NCBI GenBank assembly: GCA_030141605.1
Contig: JAQGDQ010000059.1
Coordinates: forward strand, 496,001-560,000
Length of the DNA: 64,000 nt
Direction of reading: 5' to 3'
Source of the DNA: Tubiluchus corallicola
Taxonomy: Eukaryota; Animalia; Priapulida
The notes below the pieces were generated by a model that saw only the letters and a list, made by a program, of their open reading frames with translations, ran no database searches and was not told the origin of the DNA. Shown piece by piece: positions 1-14,900 of this stretch (position 1 is the stretch's first letter; each line of letters begins with the position of its first letter). A program made the position numbers and the translations under genes.

Positions 1-59
1 TGCTCAAAATTCAAAATTAGTAGCAAAAGTCCAATTTACTACTAAGAGACAAAGCCCAC

Positions 60-420
60 ATTCTCTTGTAGTGAGAGGTAGAAGATAGAAAGAAAAAAGG
101 AGAAAAGGTAGAAACGTAGGCGAGAGGCATATTAAGGCAAAAAACAGACAAAGGAAAACGAAAACAGGAAAAGGACAACGGACAAAAGGTAGAAATGAAA
201 AGTAGATGGACGGACAGATGGATGGATGAATGGATGGATAGATAGACAGGGGGAGGGAAGAGAAAAATAAAAAATATCGGTGATACAAGAAACAGAGAAG
301 AGAGAGTGAGACAAAGGGAGAGAGCATGGAAAGAGAAAGACGGAAAAGCAAGAGAGAGAGAGAAAGAGCGAAAGAGAAACAGAGAGAAAGAAAGAAAGAA
401 AGTGGGGGCGGGGGAAAGAA
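60..420. repeat. Purine-rich low-complexity tract (GA/GAAA/GGAT/GATA mixed microsatellites)
   Basis: Direct reading: almost only A/G with short degenerate repeats. It explains the two spurious minus-strand ORFs 4..462 and 132..431. Confidence 0.9.
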
Positions 421-1479
421 GGCTTTAGCAAATTTGAAGTGATTGTCGACAGCTACATACAATCGATTTTATGGTGTTCGAAACAGAAGAAAATGAGTTT
501 TATAACATTGATTTTATAGTAAAACTAAGTTTATGTGCAGAGATATTGTGCTCCACAATAAAGAATCTACAACCTTTATGTAGCTATTACCTACACGGTT
601 ATGCTTTTAATGTTTAAAGGTATTTAAATGTCAAGGTATGAGAAGCCCGTGAGCGCAGTGACGCATTTCTCGCGTAGTGGAGTATTTCTCAAGCGAGAGC
701 AACAGGCATAGCAAAATTAGTCATTTTGGAGCTAAGTCGTAAAAAAGATCCATATTTCGTGAATTTGGTGAAATGATAAAAAATCAAATCTTGGAAACGA
801 CGCTCCTGGCCTAAGTGGGGGAAAGGCGACTAATTAGATGAGATGCCCTTTAAGTCTATAATGATCAGCCACAAATCTGACATTAAAGTCTGATGTTATG
901 AATGGAAGAAGTGAAGAGGAAAGGTGTGACAAGTAAAGGTCTGTGAACCGTGACATTTCTTTATTGGTTTTCATCAATGGCTGAACAAATTCAAGTACAT
1001 ACATAATAATTCATGTGACATTTTGATTATTGAGCTTTTGCATTTACAAGGAGCCAGCGCTCACTTATTAAAACCCGCCTATTAATTAACCTTAATTGTT
1101 GATGACTGACAACAATTTCTGTTGTATTTTGAAATTCTCCTTACTTACATAAGCTATGTTTATAGATATACGTACGGCTTGCACATAAATTATATAGTCA
1201 GGCAATCTTCCGATCTTCACAGCAAGCTGTAAACAGTTACTTTATGGCAAAGCCTATGATTACATGTGAAAGATATTAAGAGAATTACTTGTTTCTTCAA
1301 GACTCGAAATCTGTAACAATTGTTCCACTTCGAATAAGTTATAGATACCTGTAAAAGATTCTTGCAACACCATATACTGTAATATAATTACAAGAGCACT
1401 GAAATGAGTGGATATTACAAAGCAGAATTACAAAGAAATAAACTCATAATACCAATAATAAAAATATGCTGAAGGGATA

Positions 1480-2025
<546 letters not shown>

Positions 2026-4259
2026 TTAGTTTACAGTAGTAAAAACACTTGGAGGTTTGTTACAGGCTTGGTCCTTAAAAGCAGAATCATTGGAAGCAGT
2101 CATGAGGGTGGCACAGAATGCGATGGAGTGAGCATATAAAGATTACAAGAAGAACCACGACAGCATGGTGGCGTTGGAGATGGTTGATGCAGGTGTTTAT
2201 GGTTTCTACACTCTCAAACAATCAGAGTGGATATAGGCAGGTTAAGCAAACAAGGCAAAACACATGATGTGCCAGTTCTGCTGCAATTCTTTTACCTACT
2301 ATTGATTGTGCTGTTGTTGTCTGCTTTTTTTATGTGTGATTGCTTACGGGAAAAGAGCAAATCAAGACCGTAAACTTTGTTAGATCACAGACGCAGAAAG
2401 CAAATTAGTTCCGACTTGAATGTCTGGGTACCACATGTTTGGCACTAACAGGACCCTGGGAATTTAAAAGAGTATAGAGTCAGTAGTCGCTCACTGACTA
2501 ACACGGAACTAAGGATCAATTCGCAAAACGTAGTAAACAGGGCCTCATAGTATAAGCACAAAATGTCAATTAAGGAAATGTTTTTAAACTTTTCTAAGAT
2601 TTAACGAAACCCAAACATGCGCCATTTCTCTAATAATTGAGCGTTATATGGATGACGAAATAATGGATTGCACACAAAATACTAAACCGTTTTTTCTCAA
2701 TATCAATGATATATCAATATCAAAGTTTTCAGAAAATTTTAATAGTTACCCCTGTATTTTTAAATTTTACAGCAGCGGTAATTATTACAATTGCCAAAAA
2801 TATGAAACTGCTAGAACTGCTGTATTTTTAGTAGCTCTCAAACGGGCAGCATAAATTTATCTTGCATGAGATGAAACTGCAAAAATAAAATTAAGAAATA
2901 AAAAACTGCTAGTTTCACATGAAAGCGTGCAAAAACTGATACAACTATAACTTCAATACAACAATTTTAACAGAACTACGAATGTAAAAGGCGTCGATGG
3001 CAAGACCAATTCATATTATTTAACCTAGGTTATCAAGTTTGTTTAACCGAGGTACCTTAGTTAAGTATATTATTTGTTTTTTAGGATACCACGCATGCAA
3101 ATATATAAAAAAGACCCCAAGCGTACGTTTGTTTTCATGACTAACATACTTGCATTGGCCTAAGATCAACGGGGCTACTGAATTTTGACTTCAAAACGTG
3201 TTCTATCTGTTATCGGTGATACCACAACGGATATGAGTAACCCAGTAGAAGTTATTGGTCGGGTCACTAGTGTGTATGTGATCCAGATACTTAACCTGCA
3301 TTTGGCAAAACAAAATCATATTTCTAGATACATGATCTTCATATAAACGTCATTATTTCCCTTACATGTTTAGATAAACTAGATAAGTCCTACTAGCTTT
3401 GCCCTAATCTGATTTCGTTTAATGACATAAAGAAGCGGGACACATCAGCTTATACACGTGGCAGCAATGTTTTTTTATAGCCCGCTCTACTCGTTATCAC
3501 ACAACATGGTTCAAGATTATGCGCTTGTATATGCGGGATACTCTGCATGGGTTGAAAAAAGTCGCGTCTGCTTGAAACTTGGACACACATTTTGAGGCCA
3601 AAGATAGAAATGACAACAAATCACAAAAGAGATTTTAGTTTTCACCACTTGGTTCATTTGCTTGTCTTGCAAAAAATCATTATAATAGTTAGTTCCACGC
3701 CCAGGCTTAAGCCACTATTAGAAACGCCGCCAAAGAAAACTCTATCGGGTATTCCCGTGAGATTAAAAACAAGCAAAGGACGTCGTTTTCTGGTGTAAGA
3801 ATAGAGGTCGCGCATAATCACTTAATAGAGAACATAAGTCAGACATTTGGGTAAACTTACTGAGGTCGTTGAAACCAGGCTAGAGCTAGGATGAAAAATA
3901 TACATGCTCAACTGAAGGAATTTGATGCCAATATTAGTATAAAGCGAAAATCAAAAGCATCGGTTAGTATACAAATGCGTGTCGCAAACCAGATCAATTT
4001 GATGCTAAATATAAAACCGTGACAGTTGCTAAATATAGAGCGCATGCTCTATATTGGGCGAATTGATTTTATTTTCGATTAGTATCCTTATTGCAAATCA
4101 GCGTTAAACTGAACTGACAGCACAGAATGCTAAATTTAAGTTTGCTTTAGAAGGTTTAAGCATATTATAAATAAATATAGAACCTCATAAAAAGAATCAA
4201 GGAAATATTAGGCATAAGGTCAGAACTCAAAGATTGAATAAATGAGTGAATAAACTTTC

Positions 4260-4302
4260 AAATAATAATAATAATAATAAGTGTGATATAGTGATAATAA
4301 TA

Positions 4303-4350
<48 letters not shown>

Positions 4351-4368
4351 ATGATGATGATGATGATG

Positions 4369-4405
<37 letters not shown>
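4260..4405. repeat. Compound (AAT)n/(GAT)n trinucleotide microsatellite
   Basis: Direct reading. Source of the poly-I and poly-H/Y pseudo-ORFs. Confidence 0.95.
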
Positions 4406-4407
<2 letters not shown>

Positions 4408-7400
4408 GAAGGTATGAGTAAATGAGTGAACGGACGAATGGATGAATGAATAATGCATGGATTCATGGGACGTCACTATATCAAGTTTCTTTTCGTTGAT
4501 GTGTTTTCGATAATATAAATACATGTGATAATATGACGATGACCAACTATCGAAGCCACCACACAAACTATATAACGATGCCATATTCAAAAGGACTAGA
4601 GTAGCTTGTCTTTGAGCTTGTCATATTAGCGAAAGGATATAGTTTTCAATGGCACCTAGATGATGGTCCAATAGTAAAAAGCCAAAATGTAAATGTATAA
4701 CTCTCCAGTCAAAATCTTAGTGTATAAAATGAGTGATTGTCAAAAAAACCGAAATTGTATTGCAAAACTGGTGTTGATGATAAGTCTATAAAAAAGCAAG
4801 TATAAGGAGGGAAATAATTAAAAATACGTACATCTTAAATTTTAGTTTATTAGGTTCGTGCATTTTTCAAAAAAATAAGTAGGAGGGGCGATAACAAACG
4901 ATGTTAACAGTAGTTTTCCTACACATGTAAAGAGTTTTAAACACTCCGTGTCCTGAAGAACCTGTCCAGTCTTTAACTGGATGTTTAGGTTTATTGGGGT
5001 TTATTGCCTAAATCAGCCGCAATAACGTGTTTCTTAACGGGGTCAGTGAGGAACTATGTCACGTCGTGCCCACAAGTATTAAAAGACGCATTAGTTTTGC
5101 CAGATTCTTTTCTGTCCGTCAACACAGCTGCCAAAAGATTTTCGCAAAAATGTAATCATTGGGTTGGTCATAAAATCTACAAGGCGGTCAGTGTGTTGTA
5201 GTTTTGCTGTGTTTATGTCGTTTAACTAAGTCGCAGATTTACCCGGACAGATGGTTCATAACATGTTTACGATGGTATTTGTATATTTATGTCAGTGGTC
5301 TTCTGTACTTACAAACTATAATCGTGATAAACTTTATGTTACTAGACGAACGACCTCACTATTACACATCTTCATGATACATATATATTCATTACTTGTC
5401 CGAATGAATGGAAGTTTTGCCCAATAGAAAGAAAGCTCTGTACTAGTACCCAACTGCTGCTTTACTGCTAGTGCTCTATTGGCGTTACGTTACTCTATTT
5501 GCTATTGGGAGAAAGAAAAATCAAATGTAATGAAGGTAACTATATAATTGTAACAGTAACTGCGTGCTGGTGAAAACAAACGAACCTGCTACAATACAAT
5601 CAAAAGAAAATGCCAATAAAGCGAAAGACTTTTAACCAGACATAAAACTCTTTAATTGGACTAATTATTCCAAGACAAAATCAAATACAACATGGACCAA
5701 AAAACGAGTATTCACCAATATAAGAAACGTTGACCTAGCATGTGTGTTAGTGAATTTTAGCATTTACTCAGATTTACTTCTAATAAAATGTAAACACAAA
5801 TTTTCTCATCGCCCTAATCTTAGTTTATATTCGAATGAATCAATCGACTTAGTAGGCTATTAGATTGGAAATAACGACTTTGAAAATGATGACAAAAAGT
5901 GAACGACCAGTGCACGCTGTGAATAAGTAATGCGTACGTTCACCCCTTACAGGATGTCAACGCCACTTTCAAGAACCAGCAAATGCTAATTCGGAAATGT
6001 CCCAAAGGAGGAAGTCAATTTCAAATCTTGAAAAATTAACATTCAGGGAAATCAATTTAATATGTTGGCATAACCGAATCAATGAACTTTTTTATTGCAA
6101 TGAAGGTTTGAAATTAATGATCGATTGTCAATGGCTTCATTTAACCTAAAGAACTTTTAGCTTAAAATAAACGTCATCCTTCCTATCGTCAAGTCAAAAT
6201 GGTTTCATTCCATCTCCATTATTAGTTTGTGTCTTCGTCAAAACTATGCTCCCTTTTTGTAATGATCCGAAATGGTCCCCTTTAATTCCGGTATACATTT
6301 TATTTTTTTTCTAATAGGTTTTCTACAGCTCTTAATCTAGGGATTTTTGAAGTCCTTGCTGGTTGTTTCTGTAATGAAATTGTCCCTTGATCCCAACTAA
6401 GAAAATAAGATTTTTGGTTCTAGCTTTTAAAAAGGTTTTCTGTGATTTTCGATGTGGCTAGTCTTCATGTGTCTGTCAGCTAATATATCTCTTCGTGTGA
6501 TTCCTTGTAATATGACTTCTAGTGGAATAAGTCTGATAAGGTCCTGTATATTCCAATCCGAAAGGGTCCTTGTGGCATCAAATTTGCGCTAACTTCGCGT
6601 GATGACAGTCTAAGGTGATTTCTAATTTCTGGTGGTTTCACTTGATATTTAATAAAATTTCTTATGATTTTAGTCTGATGTGGTTTATTTGGATTGCTAA
6701 AGTACTAATCTTTCCATAAATACATCTGGAACTGTGTGGCTAGAAAAGTTGCAATCTAAGCTTGTTTCTTTTCAAACGTCCATGCTCAGTCTATTGTATA
6801 TGGGTGCTGTTATTTGTTACAGTGTCAATTTAATTTTCAATACTTTTCAGTTCTTATCTAGTAATTTGTGTATATATAAAATATAAGTTGGTTTACTAAT
6901 TAAGTTAACTATCTGTAGTTCCTAATCATTATGAGTTCCTGAAATTTTAGCATGAAACATTTACCGTTTAACTTTGTAGTGCAAACTAAAATTCCCTAGC
7001 ATGGCTTCAGTTAGACATTCTCTTCTCTGATGCCTTTCCCATATGCTGTCACATTTCTTTTTCCGCAATATGCATTGCCGAGGTATTACCTTTAAACAAT
7101 AACAATACGTAACTCCAAACACGGTAAAATATAATATGATAGTCTATCTTCAAACCGCAATCAGATGTAAACTAATACCTCTTATTATGACTCATAACAT
7201 GACTTATTTGCTGCAGAGCAAGCTTGCTTGGATTAATATAGAAACGCGCTTAACCATCTAAAACTTTTAAATTACTGGCCTTCATCATAGCATTAATCTC
7301 AACTTAAATCATGACATTTTTGTCAAGGAAGCGTTAAACTTCTGGAAAAATGTCAGAATAAAATCGGTTTAACCGCTCATACTCCCGCTAACAGTTTTGT

Positions 7401-8581
7401 TTCTAGACCAACACGCATTTAGGCTCATTAAAGTTCGAATCAGCAATGCACATTTTGTTTTGTCTCCCGGTTCTATAGACCATCACAGTATATTATGAAG
7501 ACGTGACTGCAGCTTCGTCGAAGACGCAAACCAAGTCCTAAATCACCATTTACTTCGCAAGATAACACGTACATTAACGCCAACATAAAACAACGTTAGA
7601 TTAAAACATCATTAAATCTTTGCCGCACGTAGCGGGTTATTCTTTCGTCTTCTGACTCCCGTTAACCTAGTCTGCGGAATCGCATTTCCTATAAAACTGT
7701 TGACGTAGTAATAGCTTGCAGCCATCATCCTTGTTCTGAATTCCCTTCTTGCACTGGACGACGTGACAGTGAGCAAGTTGCAAAATTGCTTCATAAGATA
7801 TTTTTGAGGCGAAGTGATTAGCTAATTGGTCAGGAATGAAGCAGATACCATATTTCTGAAAAGTAAAACCTACTACAGACCAGACATATACGGTGCTATA
7901 CACATCTAGGGGCACACATCTACCTACCAGAACGAAAGAAATTGAGCCATTCCAAACAGGTCACAAGACCCCAGGCCACGAACAACTCTATGACGTAACA
8001 CGTCATTTTTGCTATATAATGATTGTTACATAATGACGCAAATTTTTTTGCTATATAGTATCGAATTTTTGTTACATAATGCAGCATTTTTGTCACCTAC
8101 TGTATTGCTATATATTGATAGTTTTGCTACATAACGAATCCTAAAAAGCACATTTTTATAATTTGTCGTCCGTGTACAACACATAGCAAAAGAATCTATA
8201 GGAGCTTTATGGTTGTAAACATTTTTGATTTGAAAACTGTTTTATACTCTCTTTCATGTCATTATGTTTCCTTTTGCTGCTGGATGTGAGTTGAAGTAGC
8301 AACAGCTGCTGCAGACATGGAAAAATTTACTATTCTAAACTGGACTCACTGGACAGTGATTGATATTGACCTATCCATTGGCTTTTTCGCACTGTTTACT
8401 CAACAGACGATAAACGTATCCAACTTGATTAAAAGCCAACAGAGACTTGTCAGACTAAGACTTGTGTACCTAGCAGGACGTTTGAGAGTTGCTGGGGGGA
8501 TTTGCAGCTATCCTAAAACAAATGGCAACGTCTGAAAAATATTGATAAAAGGTATCGATCGGCTCTGGCTATAAAAACATC

Positions 8582-8710
8582 AAAGACATTAAAGTTTACA
8601 TCATATCAGGGTGAGGCGGTGATGCCATCATCACGGATGGATACACATGGTGGAAGTATCGAACTAGGGACGATGGAACTAGTTGGTACCGAAATAAGTT
8701 GTGCAAGATA
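8582..8710 (+). mobile_element. Decayed FLYWCH/WRKY-GCM1-type zinc-finger fragment, probably from a MULE transposase
   Basis: Translates KDIKVYIISG*GGDAIITDGYTWWKYRTRDDGTSWYRNKLCK, resembling the FLYWCH pattern SxRGxxxLxxDGYxYxKxRxxxxGxxxWxC. It has an internal stop and the downstream part is not clearly readable. Confidence 0.4.
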
Positions 8711-9752
8711 AGCATGCTTCCCCGGCGGCCAGCGCGATTGAACATTCATTTTTGTTTCTTAGCGGCAAATTCGTCAGCAAATTTAAATTGAAATTGATCG
8801 ATGCATGAACGAGCAAACTGAGTTTGACTCGACAAACGAAAATTTGTCAAAGGGTATGCAAAATCAGACTGCTGTTTAATAATGATGAAAATTACCCTGA
8901 GGCTTGTGAGACGTTGCAGTATGCCATAGATATACGGTTTTACAAATTGAATTTAAGCAACCTTTACCAAATTTGAATTGTGTATATCATTTGTGTATCA
9001 CTTGGGCTAGATTATATTAGTTATTTGTTTGGATGGTTGGTTGTCTGACCTGCGTGTCAACCAACATAACAGACTGGCAGACACAGTTGTAAAAGTGCGC
9101 AATACACTAATCGGCGGTGAAACATTGGGTGATAGTATTGCAGATGTATAGTATCTGAAAAGGTTAGAAACAATCAGATTCATAAGTTTCACCAAGCCAA
9201 AAAATTAAACAGACGCACCGCTGGATCAAATCTCTCCTAGCCTGGGACACAACGTGAGCTAAACCCTTCCCTAATTTTTATGCTGTGTATGTTCACTGCT
9301 GGCATACAGACTTTATCTGGATAACTTACGTTGTTTAAACGCATATGTCTTTTAGACTGATCATATATAAATTTCATACCATGGAAACTACATGTAATTT
9401 TATTGCAGTGTATTGAAAAAAGCACATAACGTCACAAGTTTGTAAGGGAGTTGATATTTTTTCATTAAGTCGTAGGATAGCAACAGCTTTTTTTGCGGTA
9501 AGTATATAACAGTGATACATTTTCTGGACAAATTGCTACTAAGCGTTCACGTATTCTTCGTGTTTTTTTAAATTGTTTGTCTATACTATTAGATTTAATA
9601 TTGTGGGCTCTGTCAGTAAGAAGAGTTAGTGAGACTGAGCCATGTAGGCGGTACTTAGCCTACGCTTTCGATTTTTGTATAATGGAGGCTTCAATGTAGT
9701 TACTGTAGACACGTTTCAACTTTTCGCGATATACGAGGCCTATAAAGCAATG

Positions 9753-9867
<115 letters not shown>

Positions 9868-10539
9868 TAATTATGTGTAGCTCTCTGAAACAGGCATACG
9901 AAGTAAACAGTGAACGTGGGATGCTAATGCTAAAATCAATTACATGAAATAATTGATTTGAATTGTTGAAATGATTTCAAACCACAGCATTTCAAGCCTC
10001 TTCACATAGTTTCAGTGCAACACAACTCAAACTAATAGTTGGTTATCTAGCTCCACTATAGAATATAGACGAATGTAACTGATATAGAAACTATACAGAT
10101 ACTTTGCTCTTCTCCCGAAATTTCGCAAAAGGGTGACTTCGTGTTGATGACTCACTCGCGCATAAACAGTGATATCTTATCTTGCCGAGCAATTAATTTT
10201 ATGTTAGTTAGTTACACTTTTTATGTACTAAAACACGTGTAGTGTATTAGAATCCGCGTCGATTTTAACTATCTGCACATGTTCGATTTTTATTTGATTA
10301 TTTTTATAGGCAGGCAGTGCCTTTGGGCTGGTCTACTTACATTATCATTGTTTTTAAGCTTTAGTCTAGACTTGTGAGGTCTTTAACCTATAATTCTACA
10401 CATGTTCATACAACTTTCTTGTACATGATGAAAATCATTGATCAACATTTATCAGGGCAAACAGTTATAGTAATATGTTTTATGGCATACTCTCACTTCA
10501 ATGCAATTCAATGAAAATTATGAAATCCAATACCTACAA

Positions 10540-10862
10540 TGTAATGCAATATACAACATAACACAACACTACACTGCACTGTGCTGCACTGCACTGCATT
10601 ACACTACACTACACTACACTACACTACACTACACTACACTACACTACACTACACTACACTACACTACACTACACTACGCTACACTACACTACGCTACACT
10701 ACACTACTCTACACTACACTACGCTACACTACACTACGCTACACTACACTACGCTACGCTACACTACGCTACGCTACGCTGCACTACACTACGCTACACT
10801 ACACTACACTACACGATACAACACAATACAACACAACACAAGATAATCCGATACAATACAAC
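10540..10862. repeat. (ACACT)n pentanucleotide microsatellite with ACGCT/GCACT/ACAAT variants
   Basis: Direct reading. Source of the HYTTL-repeat ORFs. Confidence 0.95.
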
Positions 10863-11923
10863 AAAATTGCTGAATGATAATACACTGCAATTGGTAATAG
10901 ACTGCAATATGCCACGCTTCTCCTATTCCATCACAGTTTTGATATTCGCAAAACTTCTAAGCTTTAACAAGGATCTATTTCAAGCTTCTAATAATCTGCG
11001 AAAAGTACCAATCAAATTAAACAAATTGTTTAATTAATACATTAATACCTCGAAATATACCGAAACATTTCAAATAAACAAATTATAACTATGTGTACAT
11101 ACGATTTTGTTAATCTGAGGGTGTGACAGGGCAGAAGTGGACGGGAAAGAAATTTGAAATGAAACAAGTGTTTATCTAATCTTACCTTGATTGGGGATGC
11201 TGAAAATGTCATTAAACTTCGTCAAAATACTTGTTTTTTAAGTATTGCTCTCACTCTGAAAGATCTAGGCCTACAAAATTGAAATTTTATGATAGTTACA
11301 CTTTTCCCGGTTCTTATGTTTTTTTTCAGTGGAAAGTAGGTATTGGTTTAAATGCAGAAAGTTAGCTGTTAGATGCGTCTAATATAGCTATATTATAAAC
11401 GTTTAGCTTCGTTTGTTTAGGATGGGATGCATCACTATGTTAGTGTTTATAATAATGCATTTACTTTATTAGCAACATATTATTATCTTGCTTAAGTTTA
11501 ATAATTTATTTGAATAGTGTCACCTTATTATATTAGCTGTCAGTAATGATAATGACAATATTCTGCGTAGTAAATAAATAAGACATTGGTTAATAAAAAT
11601 AGCTGTTTTGTATATTTAAATTTCTTTTACTAGAAAGTGCTGCAAACACGACTACTTACAATCTAAATATTAACAGTTTTCGCATAATCTGTTTATTACT
11701 ATTGGTTGGTAGTTATTGTTTATTTATTTTTTCATTTTATTTTTTCAAATGTTGAAAAATAGTTTAGCTAATCTTCTAATCTGAACAATTTTTAAAACAC
11801 ACAGGAAAGACTACAATTTAGTGCAAATTCGGTTGAAGCCCGTTGACATTTAGAAATCAGAGACGTATATGAAACCTCCACTTAACCAAAGTTTCCTCTG
11901 GTTTAATTAGTAATATAAGTACC

Positions 11924-11997
11924 CACGTGTCTCACAGATGAGTGACCAATAAAACAACACGTGTTGGACAGGTGGAGAACACGTGTCAATATAAAAG
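11924..11997 (+). promoter_or_regulatory. Cluster of five E-boxes with CCAAT and TATA box (putative promoter/enhancer)
   Basis: CACGTG 11924, CAGATG 11935, CCAAT 11946, CACGTG 11958, CAGGTG 11969, CACGTG 11980, TATAAAAG 11990. Function is inferred only. Confidence 0.4.
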
Positions 11998-14900
11998 TGT
12001 AAAGACGAGCAAACTAAAGGTTTTTAAAAGTCTAGTATTTTAAATAATACAAATGACTACTAGTGTGCAGTAGAAACGTTGAATTTTACTAACACAAATT
12101 TAATAAAATGTATTACATAGTAGATTGTTTATAAAACGGATAACGGTCTTGTCATAAAAAAATTAAAAAACGTTTGTCTAGTATTTGACCTAAATTATTA
12201 CACTTCTTCTTTGTTGCTTAGTGACATTTTAATGTTATGCTTTTTCAGCACGCAATTTAACGTTCTGCAAGCCAGGACCCTGAATCCAGCGTTTCATGAG
12301 CAGCCCTAGTTAATGTGAATGGTTGTGGCAGGACTGGAACTTTGAAATATTCGAAGGCATTCATATTCTTCTTAAGGCATTTATATTTTCAGGGGTACCG
12401 TAGCTTGTAAGACAAAATGTTTTTCATGCTAATCATGACAGATCTTCTCATGAATTGCCTGGCTAATTTGGATCTCCCAGTTGGCAAGTTTCCTTGAAAT
12501 GGACTGGAGTGACACTCGGAAGCTCTCTAACCATCCAACAGCCTACGCGGGTTTCTATTCTGAGACGAAAGTGGAAGCCCTAGATAAAAATCAGCCACTG
12601 TCAACAAGCTAGTTTCTCCCTGGTCTGCTAATGTCAAGCCCTGCTCGACTACAATTAATAGTCGACAGGTTGTGGCTTAAGTACCGGAAACATGCCGAGA
12701 TTACAGTTGGACGCTTGCCAAATAGCTTGCTTTCGATATATAACGGAAATTTGCTGGGGCAATTACACTTACGCGTAATTTTCATCTTTTCTCTGAGTTA
12801 CAAACTTTCACTTTCCAAGGAAAGGTAAACTTTAAGTATTCTACTATATAAGTAAATATTGATGCTACTGCACTTACATTACTGCAGAAGTCACCGATAT
12901 TATGTAGGTTTACCTTTGGATTAAGAAGTGGAGAGAAAACGTGATCATTTTATCAAATTACAATTAACGTCGAAATCCATAGTCAAAAAACTACAAAAAA
13001 GCTACAATTAAAATAAGTTGTAAAAATCAAAACTGTATATAATAACGAAGCTCGAATGTAGGTAAAATGCACAGGTAAAATTGCACCTTTGCCACAGCAG
13101 AACCGTCCTAAACATGTTCATCTGATTTTTTTTTCATATTTAAAGACCGGAAAAAATAAAAACAAATAGACAAACATACATAAATATACCTACATAAATA
13201 ATTAAGTATTACATAGATTAAGGAAATAAGCCACAAAATGCTTTGTTTCTGAGACAGAATTATAATCAACAATGCACGAACATTCTACATAGTGTTTGTC
13301 TACAATTCTTTGATCTTTTGACAATGGCAATATGCTGACAATTACACCACATTTACATGCAGAAGTTATCTAAATGGTTTTTCTAGAATTCCTCAAAATG
13401 GAACCTGGAATTTACTCGTAGTCATTCGTCGTGGTAGAAGCATTTGTAAAAAAATTGCCTTTATCTCGTAGTCAAGTTCCTCGTCTTTCCACAGAGCTAT
13501 AAAATTCCATCCAACTTTATCCAAGACCTCCATGCACGAAGCACGGAGTTGTCGGATGGAATTTTTGAGCACGGTGTTGTGTGAAATTTTTTGACAAATG
13601 CACCTTTTGGCACCGGCACCAAGATCTGTTTTCCTTGGTCTGTGCTAAACTTCTTCACAAAAGTTAAAATGGAGATCTGTTAAGCAGTGTTTGTCTGACC
13701 AAAACAAACACAACAAACCAATGGCGAAGAAACATATATACTCTGTATACATATATACATGTACATAGACTTCCTTATACATATATACTCCTACTTTTTT
13801 GCCATTTTTTCCTATTTTTCAGCTTATGCCATTTTTCCTGTTCGGTTTTTACCGTGCACCGCCAAGCTCAATTGATTCCAGCCAAGTTGTCAGTAGATAG
13901 ACGAGACCACCAAGCAGTACCCCATAATTCCAATAGAAACCAAAAAACAGAAGGAAAGTTGCTTATTAAGGGCTCTACTCTTGGTCACTTTTCTCGAACT
14001 ATGATAGATACCTATGCGTTAGAATGTTATAAGTCATCCGTAGTGACGTAGTCTTACACATGCATCTTTTACAAAAATGCTTTTTATGTTTGGGTAAAAC
14101 CATGATTTATTTACTTTATTTATGCAATGCGAAAACGTGGAAAAATGTAAATCGTTACTCGACCCAGTTATTTTTACCTCGATTTCTTCCTTGAGGAAGC
14201 GTTGTTTATTACTGTTAATTCCCTTGTTCTTTTCGCTTCATAATAGGACATATAGCGTGATAGTTACCCCAGCACATGTGATTTTGCTCCTAGTTCACAG
14301 TATCCCAACTGATGATATTTTTGTTTGTTCGTTTAGTAGTTTTTCTGTTTAGGTAATATAGATCGTAAGTTGCTTTTACAAGTGCGTCATTAATTTATTT
14401 AGATCAAACTATGCTAGAATAAGCATAAATGAGTCACTGCTGCAAACTCTGCATTTTATTCTGTTTCACAAATTTCACAATAAATAGCAAATAAAAATCT
14501 TTATTTAGATTTCAAGACGCTGGCAAGTAGACGTGTTTTTTGCGAAGATCGTTACTGTTGCAAGCATTTGTGTTTTCCATTAACTAGTAAAAATATGACG
14601 TCAGCACACGTCAGAGCAACCCCTTGGGAGATTTAAAACAGCTACATTTCGCAAGGAACAAAATAAAGTATTAGTAGGTGTTTCTTTCGCCATAATTTCT
14701 ATTTTTTCGTCTTTTTTCTACAAAGAAACATCTCATCATTTTAATCTGCGCAAAATAGATAAGAATTCCCAATTAGTAGCGCTTTCCCGAAAGCCTGTTT
14801 TGCATGATGTTGCAATTAATTAATTTTAGACAAAATGTCTACGTCTTCGCCAATTAATCCACTCAAGGAAAAGAGCGACTTATTGGCACGAGGCCAACTC

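Noticed and set aside
2066-2131. Possible terminal exon AWSLKAESLEAVMRVAQNAME* after TTACAG
   Set aside because: Short, no recognisable homology, and no partner exon found.
4227-4590. Poly-Ile and poly-His/Tyr ORFs
   Set aside because: Trinucleotide microsatellite artefacts.
6170-6830. Possible decayed retroelement coding sequence on the minus strand
   Set aside because: The composition is suggestive but I could not read a diagnostic motif.
10501-11037. 178-aa ORF with HYTTL repeats
   Set aside because: Translation of the (ACACT)n pentamer, which lacks stops in these frames.
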